Of a stretch of 64,000 bases of DNA, positions 9,816 through 19,802 are shown piece by piece (positions within the stretch are counted from its first letter, which is position 1; each line of letters begins with the position of its first letter). A program made the position numbers and the translations under genes. The notes under the pieces were generated by a model, which was given only the letters and a program-made list of their open reading frames with translations, ran no database searches and was not told the origin of the DNA. Source of the DNA: Deltaproteobacteria bacterium (GTDB lineage Bacteria > Desulfobacterota_D > UBA1144 > Nemesobacterales > CSP1-2); assembly GCA_016187835.1 (NCBI GenBank), contig JACPIY010000050.1, positions 1,369-65,368 of the forward strand, given 5' to 3'.

Positions 9816-10238
9816 ATGAAAAAGCACGCTATGAATCTATCACGGAACAGCTACTCCAATTCAACCATAGTCATACTAAAATGGAGTGAGGTACTCGAAA
9901 GCGCCTTTGATTACTACTATGCCGACTATGTCCCTGCCTGGGCTCTGAGAGAAACCCCTTTTAACAATACGGGAGACAAGCTCTTTATTTCAAAAAAGAA
10001 CGAAGAGTGGGTTAGCTGGGAAAAAATTGACTTGTCAGACCGGCCCGATGTGGCAACCCTATTTGACCTGCTTCCGGACTTGCCCAAGGACGAAGAATAC
10101 TGGAAGGTGGTGCGTGAAATTAAAAACAGCGGAATCGAAGACGCTGAGGATTATTTCTGGGAAAATATGTTTTCCTATAAGCAATCAAACGAAGTCAATG
10201 TGCATGGAAGAACTTACAAAATCGAGTGGGAAGCTTAA
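9816..10238 (+). CDS. Hypothetical protein (140 aa, acidic/aromatic)
   Basis: AGGAG RBS before the ATG at 9816; no recognised motif. Confidence 0.65.
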   Translation: MKKHAMNLSRNSYSNSTIVILKWSEVLESAFDYYYADYVPAWALRETPFNNTGDKLFISKKNEEWVSWEKIDLSDRPDVATLFDLLPDLPKDEEYWKVVREIKNSGIEDAEDYFWENMFSYKQSNEVNVHGRTYKIEWEA

Positions 10239-10374
10239 GCTGAACGGCTATGTAATTACCTAACACAATATAACAAATTTGAGGCTTCTTAATACAATAG
10301 AGGCAACCCTCGCAATATATAATAAGTATACAAGCAATAAACACAGACCTTGGAAACGAAAATAATGAAATAAT

Positions 10375-11208
10375 ATGGAAATATCAGCAGAACAATTCAA
10401 AACCATTTTCAATGAATCACTTGATGTAGTTATAATAATTGACCCTGCAAGTGGAAATATTCTCTGTGTAAATAACACTGTTCGCTATAGCCTCGGCTAT
10501 GAGGCGGATACCCTTATTGGAAAACATTTCTCCGCTCTTTTTTCATCCGATGGCTCGCTGAAACCAGAAAAACTTCTGGAAGAGACGCGTACCTACGGCC
10601 CGGTCTTTACAGAACAGGGTTTCCTCCGGGCAGATGGCTCTGTCTGTCCCATGGATTTGACCACAACACTGATCCCCTGGGACAATAAGGGCAATGTAAT
10701 TCTCGTTACCCTGAGAGATGTTACTGAGCAAAGGCGGGCAGAGGAGGCTTTAAAACGAAGAGAAGAACTAATAGAAAACACTTTAGACCTTATTGCAATT
10801 CTTAATGCTAGCGGAACCTTCCGCTACGTAAGCCCTTCGCATAAACGCCTACTCGGATACGAGCCTGAGGAATTAACAGGCAAAGTCGCCCTGAATCTTA
10901 TTCACCCCGATGATATCGAGGAGGTTCGTAACCGCTTCATCAACGAATTACAAAACACCAGCGTTGTCCAGTCAGGAGAGTTTCGCTTTCGACATAATGA
11001 CGGCTCATGGCGTATTCTAGAATGTATAGGAAAAGCACTTACCAACGATTCGGGAGAAACCGTTATAGTTGTTAACTCTCGCGATATCACTGAACGTAAG
11101 CGGGCAGAATCCTTACAAAGAGGACAAAACCAGGTTCTTGAAATGATAGCAAAAGGCGCTTCTTTGTCTGATGTACTGGATACCTTGATTCGGTTCATCG
11201 AAAAATAG
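10375..11208 (+). pseudogene. PAS-PAS N-terminal part of a hybrid sensor kinase, ending at a premature TAG
   Basis: Two PAS domains; continues in frame past the TAG into 11218 (IEK*SEGMLCSILL). Confidence 0.75.
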
Positions 11209-11217
11209 TCTGAGGGC

Positions 11218-13269
11218 ATGCTTTGTTCCATTTTGCTTCCAGAGCCAAACGAAGACAAGTTGCGTTATTATTCAGCACCCAGTCTACCTGAAGGCTATAT
11301 ATCCGCGATAGATCCCTTATCTATCGGGGCATGTTGTGGTTCCTGTGGAACAGCCGTCTATAGAAAAGAAGCCGTTATAGTCCCAGATATTGCTAACGAC
11401 CCATTATGGGCCGAACGGAAAGAAATAGCATTGAAATATGGAATCAAAGCCTGTTGGTCTACTCCTATCTTTTCCACAAACGGTGATGTATTAGAGACTT
11501 ACGCAATGTATTATCACGAGCCACGCAATCCAAGTACAAGCGACTTAGAGTTAATTAAAATAGCAACCCATATCGCAGGAATCTCAATTGAACACAAGCG
11601 GACTGAGGAGACACTATGGGCCAATTTGGCTCAATTGGCTAAAAAGAGCCGATATGAGACGATCGTTAATTCTGTAACTCAAAGCGTCCATAAGTCAATC
11701 AACCTCCAAGAAGTTCTAGAAAACGCATTTGAGGTAATGAGCACGAATATAGATGGAGTAGAGCATGTCGCAATTCATTTAGTGGAAGGAGAAGAAGCTG
11801 TTATCAAAGCTTATAGGGGCCACCAAGATTGGTTTGTCGAGCGTGTAAAAAGGTTACCCTATCCAAAAGGCTTTACCTGGAAGACAATCATAGAAGGAAA
11901 ACTCAGGTATTGCCCGGATGTTGACGAAGATACTGTTATTGGTCCCGCAGGAAAGGAAGCTGGAACAAAGAGCTATTTGTCTATGCCTATCTTCTGGGAA
12001 GGTAAGGCAATTGGGTGTACCAATGTACATTCTTTCAAGAAAAACGCCTTTGAGGAAGAAGAACTAAAACTGCTTGAGATTGTTGCACATCAAATCGAGG
12101 TAGCAATCAATAACGCAAAGCAGGCAGAGGCGTTGCAACAATCAGAGGAACGTTACCGAACCCTCTTTAATCAATCCCCTGTTGGCGTGTATATCTTTAA
12201 AACGAATTGCACGATTACTCATTGCAATGAGCGTATGGTTCGAATTCTTCAGTCCTCCTATGACAAGATCATAGGAGCTGACCTGCGGAAACTGAAAAAC
12301 AATTGTGTATTGCCTTTGATGGATAAGGTGCTTGTAAAACAGCCCGCTACATATGAAGGTTTCTATGAAGCGACCAATAGTTCGGCCAGGTTATGGGTAT
12401 CTATTAGGCTTTCGCCACTACGTGACGCACATCGGAATGTTATCGGTGGAATGGCAGTAGTGGAAGACACCACGGAGCGTAAGAAAATGGAAGAAAAGCT
12501 AATAAAAGCCCAAAAACTGGAATCCCTTGGGATTCTTGCTGGCGGTATTGCTCATGATTTTAATAATCTCCTTACAGCTATTCTTGGCAATATCTCCGTT
12601 ACAAAGATGTACGTAAGCCCCGAAGATAAGATATATAAAAGACTCGGTGAAGCAGAAAAAGCCTGTATTCGTACAAAGGACTTAACCCAACGACTGCTTA
12701 CCTTCTCAAGAGGAGGAGCGCCAATAAAGAAGGTAGTATCCTCCCTGGGAGAGTTGATAAGAGACACGGCTAGTTTTGCTGTGAGCGGATCCAAAGTCAG
12801 ATGTGAGTTTTTAGTTGATAAAGAGCTTTGGCCAGTTGAGATAGATGAAGGGCAGATAAGTCAAGTCATAAATAATCTTGTAATTAACGCAGACCAGGCA
12901 ATGCCATACGGAGGGGTGATAAAGATAAAAATAAAGAACGCATTGGCAAGAAATGAAGAGGGCGTCTCTTTAAACGAGGAAAGGTATTTAAAGATATCAA
13001 TAGAGGACAATGGAGTAGGAATAGGGAAGGAGTATTTACCTAGGGTATTCGCCCCCTATTTTACAACCAAGCAGAAGGGAAGCGGGCTGGGCCTTACAAC
13101 CGTCTATTCGATAATAAAGAACCATGATGGGTATATAGGAGTAGAATCGGAATTAGGTGTAGGAACGAAATTCACCATATATCTCCCTGCAACCAAAGGA
13201 GAAGAGGTAAAGAATGGAGAAGAGAGAGATCGTTGCGGAAGGTGTTGGAAGGGTTCTTGTGATGGATGA
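11218..13269 (+). CDS. GAF-GAF-PAS-HisKA-HATPase part of the hybrid kinase
   Basis: H-box AGGIAHDFNNLL, N-box NLVINADQAM, DNGVGI, GSGLGL. Confidence 0.85.
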   Translation: MLCSILLPEPNEDKLRYYSAPSLPEGYISAIDPLSIGACCGSCGTAVYRKEAVIVPDIANDPLWAERKEIALKYGIKACWSTPIFSTNGDVLETYAMYYHEPRNPSTSDLELIKIATHIAGISIEHKRTEETLWANLAQLAKKSRYETIVNSVTQSVHKSINLQEVLENAFEVMSTNIDGVEHVAIHLVEGEEAVIKAYRGHQDWFVERVKRLPYPKGFTWKTIIEGKLRYCPDVDEDTVIGPAGKEAGTKSYLSMPIFWEGKAIGCTNVHSFKKNAFEEEELKLLEIVAHQIEVAINNAKQAEALQQSEERYRTLFNQSPVGVYIFKTNCTITHCNERMVRILQSSYDKIIGADLRKLKNNCVLPLMDKVLVKQPATYEGFYEATNSSARLWVSIRLSPLRDAHRNVIGGMAVVEDTTERKKMEEKLIKAQKLESLGILAGGIAHDFNNLLTAILGNISVTKMYVSPEDKIYKRLGEAEKACIRTKDLTQRLLTFSRGGAPIKKVVSSLGELIRDTASFAVSGSKVRCEFLVDKELWPVEIDEGQISQVINNLVINADQAMPYGGVIKIKIKNALARNEEGVSLNEERYLKISIEDNGVGIGKEYLPRVFAPYFTTKQKGSGLGLTTVYSIIKNHDGYIGVESELGVGTKFTIYLPATKGEEVKNGEERDRCGRCWKGSCDG

Positions 13270-13627
13270 TGAGGAAAGCGTCAGGGAAGTTGCCGGAGAG
13301 ATGCTAAGGCACCTTGGATATGAGGTAGAGTATGCGGGAAATGGAAGTGAGGCAATACAGAAATATAGCAAGCTGAGGGAGAACGGACAAACATTCGATG
13401 TCGTAATAATAGACTTAACGATACCGGGAGGCATGGGAGGCAAAGAAGCAATGGAGAGGCTTCTGAATATAGACCCCAGAGTAAAGGCGATAGTATCGAG
13501 CGGATATTCCAATGACCCCGTCATGGCTGAGTACAATAGATATGGGTTTAAAGGAGTCGTTTGTAAACCCTATAGAATAGAAGAACTAGGAAAAACCGTA
13601 AAAGAGGTGATGAGAAACGGAAAGTGA
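13214..13627 (+). CDS. Receiver domain (frameshifted tail of the kinase or a separate response regulator)
   Basis: VLVMDDEESVR, IIDLTIPGGMGG, SSGYS, CKPY; overlaps the kinase 3' end in the +1 frame. Confidence 0.85.
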   Translation: MEKREIVAEGVGRVLVMDDEESVREVAGEMLRHLGYEVEYAGNGSEAIQKYSKLRENGQTFDVVIIDLTIPGGMGGKEAMERLLNIDPRVKAIVSSGYSNDPVMAEYNRYGFKGVVCKPYRIEELGKTVKEVMRNGK

Positions 13628-13676
13628 AAGTTTATGATTGAATAATAGAGTTAACAGTTAAGAATTATAAGGGAAT

Positions 13677-14447
13677 TTAACCCTTAATTTTCACCCTTAA
13701 CTCATCATTCACCTTAATCACATCACACGCCCTACCCCGATTAACGGAGATTTCTAAAAAACCCGAACTTCCAACAATTGCAAGAAGCTTACCTTTTATG
13801 ACATCTGCATAGGATTTGGAAAGACCTTTTATTATCCTTTTCCCTATGTAAATCCTCGACCCAGATTTTACTAGCTCTGCAGGTATGTTTGTAACAAGAT
13901 TCCCGAAGGAGTCTATGTAAATGACTTCCCCGATTATTTCATCCCTCCGCACCTCCGACTCTTTAATCGGAAGCTCGACGGGCTTCCTTAATCTTTTTCC
14001 TAAATCCCCCACCGAAACGCCAAGAGAAAGATGCGCCGCAACCGGGGCAAATATGTCCCTTCCTTGAAAAGTAAAACTTATATCAGAAAGAATGTACTTG
14101 GGGTTTTTAATTTCATAAATACTATAAGACTTTGATTCACGGTAGATAAAAGTAAAAACTCCATTATCGGGCCCTACAAAAATGTTTCCATCTACTTCTA
14201 AGGCTATAGCCTTTCTTGTACTACCCACTCCCGGATCAACAACAGCAACGTGAATTGTTTCCTTGGGAAAGTAGCGATAAAAATTCCTGAGCGTAAACGC
14301 TCCTTTAAAAATATCATGAGGTGGTATTTCGTGTGAAATATCTATGATCCTTGCAGCAGGATTTATTGAAAGGATAACTCCCTTCATTGCACCAACATAG
14401 TGGTCTTTTAGACCGAAGTCTGTAGTTAAGGTTATTATTGGATTCAT
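13677..14447 (-). CDS. SAM hydrolase / SAM-dependent halogenase family (DUF62)
   Basis: IITLTTDFG, HVAVVDPGVG, VGPDNG, TFQGRDIFAP, YIDSFGNLVTN. Confidence 0.92.
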   Translation of the reverse strand: MNPIITLTTDFGLKDHYVGAMKGVILSINPAARIIDISHEIPPHDIFKGAFTLRNFYRYFPKETIHVAVVDPGVGSTRKAIALEVDGNIFVGPDNGVFTFIYRESKSYSIYEIKNPKYILSDISFTFQGRDIFAPVAAHLSLGVSVGDLGKRLRKPVELPIKESEVRRDEIIGEVIYIDSFGNLVTNIPAELVKSGSRIYIGKRIIKGLSKSYADVIKGKLLAIVGSSGFLEISVNRGRACDVIKVNDELRVKIKG

Positions 14448-14609
14448 CCCTCTTTCTCCTTTTACATAAGAACAGAATAAGTTACCAAATTTGACAAGAC
14501 AAAAAAATGCAATTATAGCACCTGACAAAAATTGTTTTGCAATTGGCCCAAAAACTTTACTTCTTTTATAAAATCCAGCAACTTAAATAAATTAGGCAGT
14601 AAAAAACTG

Positions 14610-14624
14610 TGGCATAGTTTTTGC
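14610..14624 (+). promoter_or_regulatory. sigma54 -24/-12 promoter
   Basis: TGGCATAGTTTTTGC upstream of the 14757 ORF. Confidence 0.65.
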
Positions 14625-14756
14625 GAGTATTCTGAAAATAAGAAGCGTAGCTCAGTTTCAATCAAGAGAGAAAAAAGCGAGTGTAAGGATTCAGAATTAG
14701 AAAACCTGCCATTGAATCTCTCTACAGTTATCTGATAAACTTGCTATAAAACTCAT

Positions 14757-14978
14757 ATGAAACTTTCCATAGAAAAAGTGATTAGCTTAGGCTTTGCATT
14801 GGCGTTGCTGATTTTAGCTTTCATCGGCATAGTTTCTTATCGAACCACTGCCGAATTCATTAGTGTCGTTGAGATTCGTCAACACTCTCAGGTTCTTGAA
14901 AAACTCGAAGAGATATTTTCTCTAAGGATGACCAGAGAGGGAAGCGTGGTTACATTTATTACTTTTTTTAGATACTAA
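14757..14978 (+). pseudogene. Truncated TM-CHASE3 sensor N-terminus
   Basis: GFALALLILAFIGIVSYR...HSQVLEKLEEIFS is a typical CHASE3 kinase start; stops after 73 aa. Confidence 0.6.
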
Positions 14979-14990
14979 AGGGAGGCAGCA

Positions 14991-15431
14991 ATGACGCCTC
15001 AATCTTCTCAGTTCACCAAGCAACTTGCTAGAGTGCTCGTTATGGCTGCCGTCTACTATGTCGCGGCTAAGCTCGCACTGTTGTTAGCTATCCCTCCAGG
15101 ATATGCAACTGCTGTATGGCCAGCAGCGGGCCTCGCATTGGCCGGCGTACTGCTGTTCGGCTATGGCGCGTGGCCGGGCATCTTACTTGACTTGAATCTG
15201 CCGAAGAAAGACGGTCGTGAGGTGCTTGCGGATATAAAAGCCGATGAAAACCTGAGACGAATTCCTGTTGTAGTCCTGACTACTTCGGAGGCTGAACAGG
15301 ACATCCTCAAGGTCTTCAACTTACATGCGAACTGCTATATAACTAAGCCGGTTGACTTAAATCAGTTTGTGAAGGTGGTAAAGTCTATCGAGGATTTCTG
15401 GTTGACCATAGTTAAGCTGCCCAAAGAGTAA
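14991..15431 (+). pseudogene. In-frame chimera of a MASE1 N-terminus and the C-terminal half of an Rcp1-type receiver
   Basis: [36 protein letters not shown] joined to [41 protein letters not shown]. Confidence 0.8.
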
Positions 15432-15655
15432 ACTGATTGCGGGTCGGAAGAACAATGAACAAAAGTGAAGCGAATAAAAACACCTATAGTCTCGTCGCAA
15501 TTGTTTATTCGATTTAAACTGTAAAGAAGAACATAGAATGAACAAGCCATACAAAATTCAAAATTCTTCTAAATTGAGGGGTGGAGGTCGCGGGATGCGG
15601 AATGAAAATATTTGTGTCTTTACAACAAGATCAGATAGGCAAAGGAGAAAAGACT

Positions 15656-15838
15656 ATGAATAATTTATCCGATGTTTCAAATCTAAACTCCGAAGCTATA
15701 AAGGTTTTGCTTATCGAGGATAACCCTGGAGACGCCCGACTAATAAGGGAAATCATAGCAGATGCAAGCTCTACTCGTTTTGAGTTGACCCACACAGAGC
15801 GCCCTAGTGAAGGTTTAAGATGTCTTCGTGAAGAATGA
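15656..15838 (+). pseudogene. Truncated receiver-domain N-terminus
   Basis: AGGAG RBS; IKVLLIEDNPGDARLIRE then a stop before the phospho-Asp. Confidence 0.7.
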
Positions 15839-15842
15839 TGAA

Positions 15843-15900
15843 AGAAAAGTTAAGAATTGAAAAATCGAAAATTCTTCACTTTTAACTCCTAACTTTTCAT
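15843..15900. repeat. 7-bp-unit hairpin
   Basis: aaagtta agaattg aaaaatc / attcttc actttta actccta acttttc. Confidence 0.6.
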
Positions 15901-15910
15901 TAATAAAAAA

Positions 15911-16657
15911 ATGAAGCTCTTTATCCTAGGTTCAGGCACTTGCGTTCCGTATGAAAGAAGAGGTTCTTCGGGATATGCGCTGAAGCTCTCAAAATCGACT
16001 CTCTTGCTCGACTGCGGAAATGGAACCACGTGGAAGTTAGGAAAAGTCGGTATTAATTACCTGGAAGTAGATCATATATTTTTGTCGCATTTTCATCCCG
16101 ATCACACAGCGGATTTGATCCCGTTCTTATTTGCTACTAAATACCCCCAAGCACCTAAAAGAGAAAAACCGCTTTATATATGGGCAGCTAAGGGATTTAA
16201 AAAATTTTTCTCCGCACTACAGAAAGCATATAATGGTTGGATAGTGCCCGAAAGTCTAAATCTCAAAGAGACAAAAGAAGGTATATTTAAATTTGATGGT
16301 TTCACTTTAACGGCAAGAAAAACACCCCATATAGAAAGTAGTCTTGCATACAGAATTGAATCCAGTGGTAAATCATTAGTTTATTCAGGCGATACGGATT
16401 ATTCGGAACCATTAATTGAACTTGCAAAAGATACTGACGCTCTCATTATTGAATGTTCAGTACCAGATGAATTAAAGGTCAAAGGCCACCTTACTCCGAC
16501 TGAGGTAGTAAAGATTGCCAATGAATCGAGAGCAAAAAAAATAATAATCTCCCATCTATACCCCATCTGCGATAAAACAGATATTACCAGCGTGATTAGA
16601 GAACACACAGAAGCAGACGTAATCCTAGCCGAAGACCTGTTAGAGGTTGAAATCTAA
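15911..16657 (+). CDS. MBL-fold metallo-hydrolase, RNase Z/ElaC-like
   Basis: LGSGT, LLDCGNG, SHFHPDHTAD, YSGDT, GHLTP, ISHLYP. Confidence 0.9.
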   Translation: MKLFILGSGTCVPYERRGSSGYALKLSKSTLLLDCGNGTTWKLGKVGINYLEVDHIFLSHFHPDHTADLIPFLFATKYPQAPKREKPLYIWAAKGFKKFFSALQKAYNGWIVPESLNLKETKEGIFKFDGFTLTARKTPHIESSLAYRIESSGKSLVYSGDTDYSEPLIELAKDTDALIIECSVPDELKVKGHLTPTEVVKIANESRAKKIIISHLYPICDKTDITSVIREHTEADVILAEDLLEVEI

Positions 16658-16689
16658 ATTACAGTAAACGGCAAATCCAATTCCATTAG

Positions 16690-16960
16690 ATCCGCGCGAA
16701 ACATCACCGTCGCAGCATTAGATTGAAAGAGTACGATTATTCTCGTGCTGGGGAGTATTCCTTAACGATTTGCGCGAGGAATATAGAATGTCTACTTGGA
16801 CATATCCTGGATGAAGTTATGCAGTTGAATCAATTCGGGATCATCATTCAGTCGTGCTGGAATGAGATGCCAATTCATTTTGTAAATGTTAAGTTGGATG
16901 CGTTTATCGTCATGACCAACCAGTGCATGGGGACGTATGTGCTGTTCGCAAACCACCACT
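16690..16960 (+). mobile_element. REP-associated tyrosine transposase (RAYT/IS200-like) N-terminal remnant
   Basis: KHHRRSIRLKEYDYSRAGEYSLTIC..QLNQFG..W..MP.HF.NVKLDAFIVMTNQCMG; the HUH motif position (normally NHxHG) is degraded. Confidence 0.8.
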
Positions 16961-17013
16961 ACTTGACATTAAAACCAAACCTTGCTTTAATTGAAGAAAA
17001 GGAGGTAAACACG

Positions 17014-17895
17014 ATGGAACTAATGAAAGCAATCGGTTCAAGAAGAAGTATAAGGTTTTTTAAACCCTGGAAGCCCGTTGAAGAATGGAAAATTCAGATG
17101 ATGCTCCAAGCCGCACGATACGCATCCTGTCAGGGCAACTGCGGCTCAACCGAAGCCATAGTGATTGACAAAAGGATTTACCCGAAGGAGAAATTTGAAC
17201 AGATAATTGAATGTGCCTCTCCGTTTAATGAAATACACCTGCGTCAGGCTCCAGTCGTTATTGCGTGGCTTTTAAACCTTGATGCTTGGTATAAGGAGCT
17301 TGTTCAGTCTTTCGCCGTGCTATTCCCTTCACGAGCAATAAGTGCAGCTCATGGATGGACCTACAAACTGCTTACGGAAGTTACCTACCCTCGCCTTATG
17401 AGTTTTCCCCGCGAAAGAACTGAAGCGCTTCTTAGAATCGAGGCAGGGCAAGCAATAGCTAATGCTTTTCTTGTAGCAACAGACCTTGGACTTGGATGCT
17501 GCCTTCTTGCAACCGGAAGAAAACCAACAGAGTTTCCAAAAGTGCTTGGAACTCCTGATAACGTCGTTCCAATATGGCTTATGGCAGTAGGGTATGCTCT
17601 TGAATCTCCTGCACAAAGACCAAGAAAGCGTTTTGATCGTTTGTTTCACTTGAATGAATATGGAAACCCCCTGAAAGAAGACTCAGAGGTTAAAGAGGAA
17701 TTAAAGAGAAGAAAAATGATCCAGCCAATGGACCCCCTTCCCGGGAGAGAGGAAGAAATTAAGCACATATGCAGGATGTTTGGACTAACAGAGGCTATGC
17801 CCGACATGCCCAAAGAACATATAAAAGCTCTCTACAATGAAGACTCCCCCTATTACGGCGAACTCCCTTCTGGGCTTGAAGATAAAGGAGTGTAA
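17014..17895 (+). CDS. Nitroreductase-family (FMN) protein with C-terminal extension
   Basis: GGAGG RBS before ATG 17014; AIGSRRSIRFF, AGQAIANAFLVATDLGLGCC, LMAVGY. Confidence 0.85.
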   Translation: MELMKAIGSRRSIRFFKPWKPVEEWKIQMMLQAARYASCQGNCGSTEAIVIDKRIYPKEKFEQIIECASPFNEIHLRQAPVVIAWLLNLDAWYKELVQSFAVLFPSRAISAAHGWTYKLLTEVTYPRLMSFPRERTEALLRIEAGQAIANAFLVATDLGLGCCLLATGRKPTEFPKVLGTPDNVVPIWLMAVGYALESPAQRPRKRFDRLFHLNEYGNPLKEDSEVKEELKRRKMIQPMDPLPGREEEIKHICRMFGLTEAMPDMPKEHIKALYNEDSPYYGELPSGLEDKGV

Positions 17896-17922
17896 TACTA
17901 AACAATGGGTTTAGACCTACCA

Positions 17923-17945
17923 GGGGCAGGTTTCAAACCTGCCCC
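17923..17945. repeat. REP-like palindrome
   Basis: ggggcagg-tttcaaa-cctgcccc, same family as 4405-4430. Confidence 0.7.
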
Positions 17946-17999
17946 GCTCTCTCTTTTATGATTAACCGATAAAACTGGGATCGCTTGAATAAAAAGCAC

Positions 18000-19127
18000 T
18001 TATTTTTCAGATTGAGACAAAAGCCTCAGCACCGATTCTTTTACATCTTCAACAGTTATATCATTCAGACATTTAACGTTGAAAGGACATTTTGGTGTAT
18101 AACCAAACTTTGTGCAGGGACTGCAAGGCAGATTTTTGTTTATTACGACGTGCCTTTTTTCAATTGGAGCCCATTTCCTCTGAATCCCAGCACCAAAAAG
18201 CGAAACCGTCGGTGTTCCAACACCATAGGCTACGTGCATAAGGCCTGTGTCACCAGTTACAAATAAATCTAGCTTCGAGATTATTGCCGCGGTTTCCATT
18301 AGGGAAGTCTTGCCGACAAAGCTGAGAATGTTCTCCGTTCCAACTATTTCTTCAAAACTTTTTGCGTCTTTAATGTCTGATTTACCGCCTACGATGACTA
18401 TTCCCACATCTTCGCCGAGAAGGCTTTTTGCTAGCTCAGCAAACCTGTTTATTCCCCATCTCCTTTCAGCAATTGTAGCCCCGGCAAATACTCCCATAAG
18501 GGCTCTCCATTTCTTTCCGAATTCCACTATGCTATGCATAACCCCAGAAATGAGATTTGAGTCGAGGGGAATAAACGGCTCACTCTCATTAAAATCATAT
18601 TGCTTACCCGTAACAGCCGAAACAAGATTCAAGAAACTGTAGACTTCATAATCATCGTGGCTATAAAAAACAGGGTGAGTATAAAGCTCCGCCCTTTCAT
18701 TCGTAGCAAACCCGGCTCTTATAGGAGCTTTGGTTAAAAAAGAGAGTGCTGAGGTCATGCGGTGCCACTGCTCCGTGTCAATCACTATATCGTAATCAGT
18801 CCTTAAAATTTTAAAAAGTTCGAGAGGAGGTCTAAAGTCATAAAGAAATAGATTATTGATATAAGGACAACCAGTTAATATCCCCGCGTTTCTCTTTTCG
18901 GCAAGAAAGTTTATTTCGGCATACTTATAACTCTCTCTAAGCAACTTTAAAGCCGGATAGAGAAGAGCCGCATCACCAATCCCACCTGGTCGTATTACAA
19001 GGATTTTAGGACGGTGTTCGTCAACTTCCTTCCTTGGCTCTACAATGACTTTTGAAAGTGAACAAGCTACTCCGCCAAAGGCACTGTCAAATCTTTTTAG
19101 AAATTCGATCTTCCAGTTCATTTGCAA
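18000..19127 (-). CDS. Glycosyltransferase family 9 (heptosyltransferase-like)
   Basis: ILVIRPGGIGDA, GKTSLMETAAII, FVTGDTGLMHVAYGVGTPTVSLFG, PCSPC. Confidence 0.92.
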   Translation of the reverse strand: MQMNWKIEFLKRFDSAFGGVACSLSKVIVEPRKEVDEHRPKILVIRPGGIGDAALLYPALKLLRESYKYAEINFLAEKRNAGILTGCPYINNLFLYDFRPPLELFKILRTDYDIVIDTEQWHRMTSALSFLTKAPIRAGFATNERAELYTHPVFYSHDDYEVYSFLNLVSAVTGKQYDFNESEPFIPLDSNLISGVMHSIVEFGKKWRALMGVFAGATIAERRWGINRFAELAKSLLGEDVGIVIVGGKSDIKDAKSFEEIVGTENILSFVGKTSLMETAAIISKLDLFVTGDTGLMHVAYGVGTPTVSLFGAGIQRKWAPIEKRHVVINKNLPCSPCTKFGYTPKCPFNVKCLNDITVEDVKESVLRLLSQSEK

Positions 19128-19802
19128 TTCCCTGAATCCTTGCCTCTGGATGGGAAGTAGGGTCTGGAGGGAGGTTTTATCCGGTCTCCTCGTAACCTAC
19201 CTCAGGTCCGCACGGTTCCCTAAAAATTCTCGCTCTAGATCGCTACCTTGCAACCCTGTAGTAATTTTCCTGATTGTCGCTCTTAAGGCAATTGATTTCT
19301 TATTCCTTCTTCTTATATTCAAACAGGTAATTATCGTGTGTTTGATGATAGTTATAAAAAATGATAAATAAGGGGCAGACTCATTAGTGTTGCTAGTGGC
19401 TTTTTCTCGATGTCAGCCGCATGGTCAAGGTAGCAACGAGCAAGTATGTTCTGAGCTTGACGAAGGAACTCCTTGCCTACACGTTCTTAACCTATCTATT
19501 AAATCTAACAAATCAACCACGATAATGACTACAGAAGGGTTTTCCTCTTAAATCAAACATACGTTAATTAAACCGTGTCAAAAAGGAGAATTGCTATAAC
19601 TACGATCGGTCTTGTAGTACCCTTCTGGAACAATATCACGGAGGTTGAAGTAATTGAGATAGCGCAGATTCACCTATAATTATTTTCCAGCTTAAATCCT
19701 CTGGTGAAGTTGTAAACAAGCTAATCGAGAACTCGTATTAGAGTTAAAGCGATTATAAAAATGAAAACCAGGAAAGGAACCTACTAGGTTATTCTAAAGC
19801 TA

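Noticed and set aside
16723-17895. 390-aa ORF as one novel protein
   Set aside because: Better explained as a RAYT remnant plus a nitroreductase with its own RBS at 17001-17005.
19125-19265. Possible 6S-like or other structured RNA upstream of the GT9 gene
   Set aside because: Some nested pairing (gtagg/cctac, gggaa/ttccc) is present, but I could not establish a continuous closing stem or a recognisable motif; an Rfam scan is needed.
19570-19670. 31-aa minus-strand ORF (VNLRYLNYFNLRDIVPEGYY...)
   Set aside because: No RBS and no recognisable family; too short to support.
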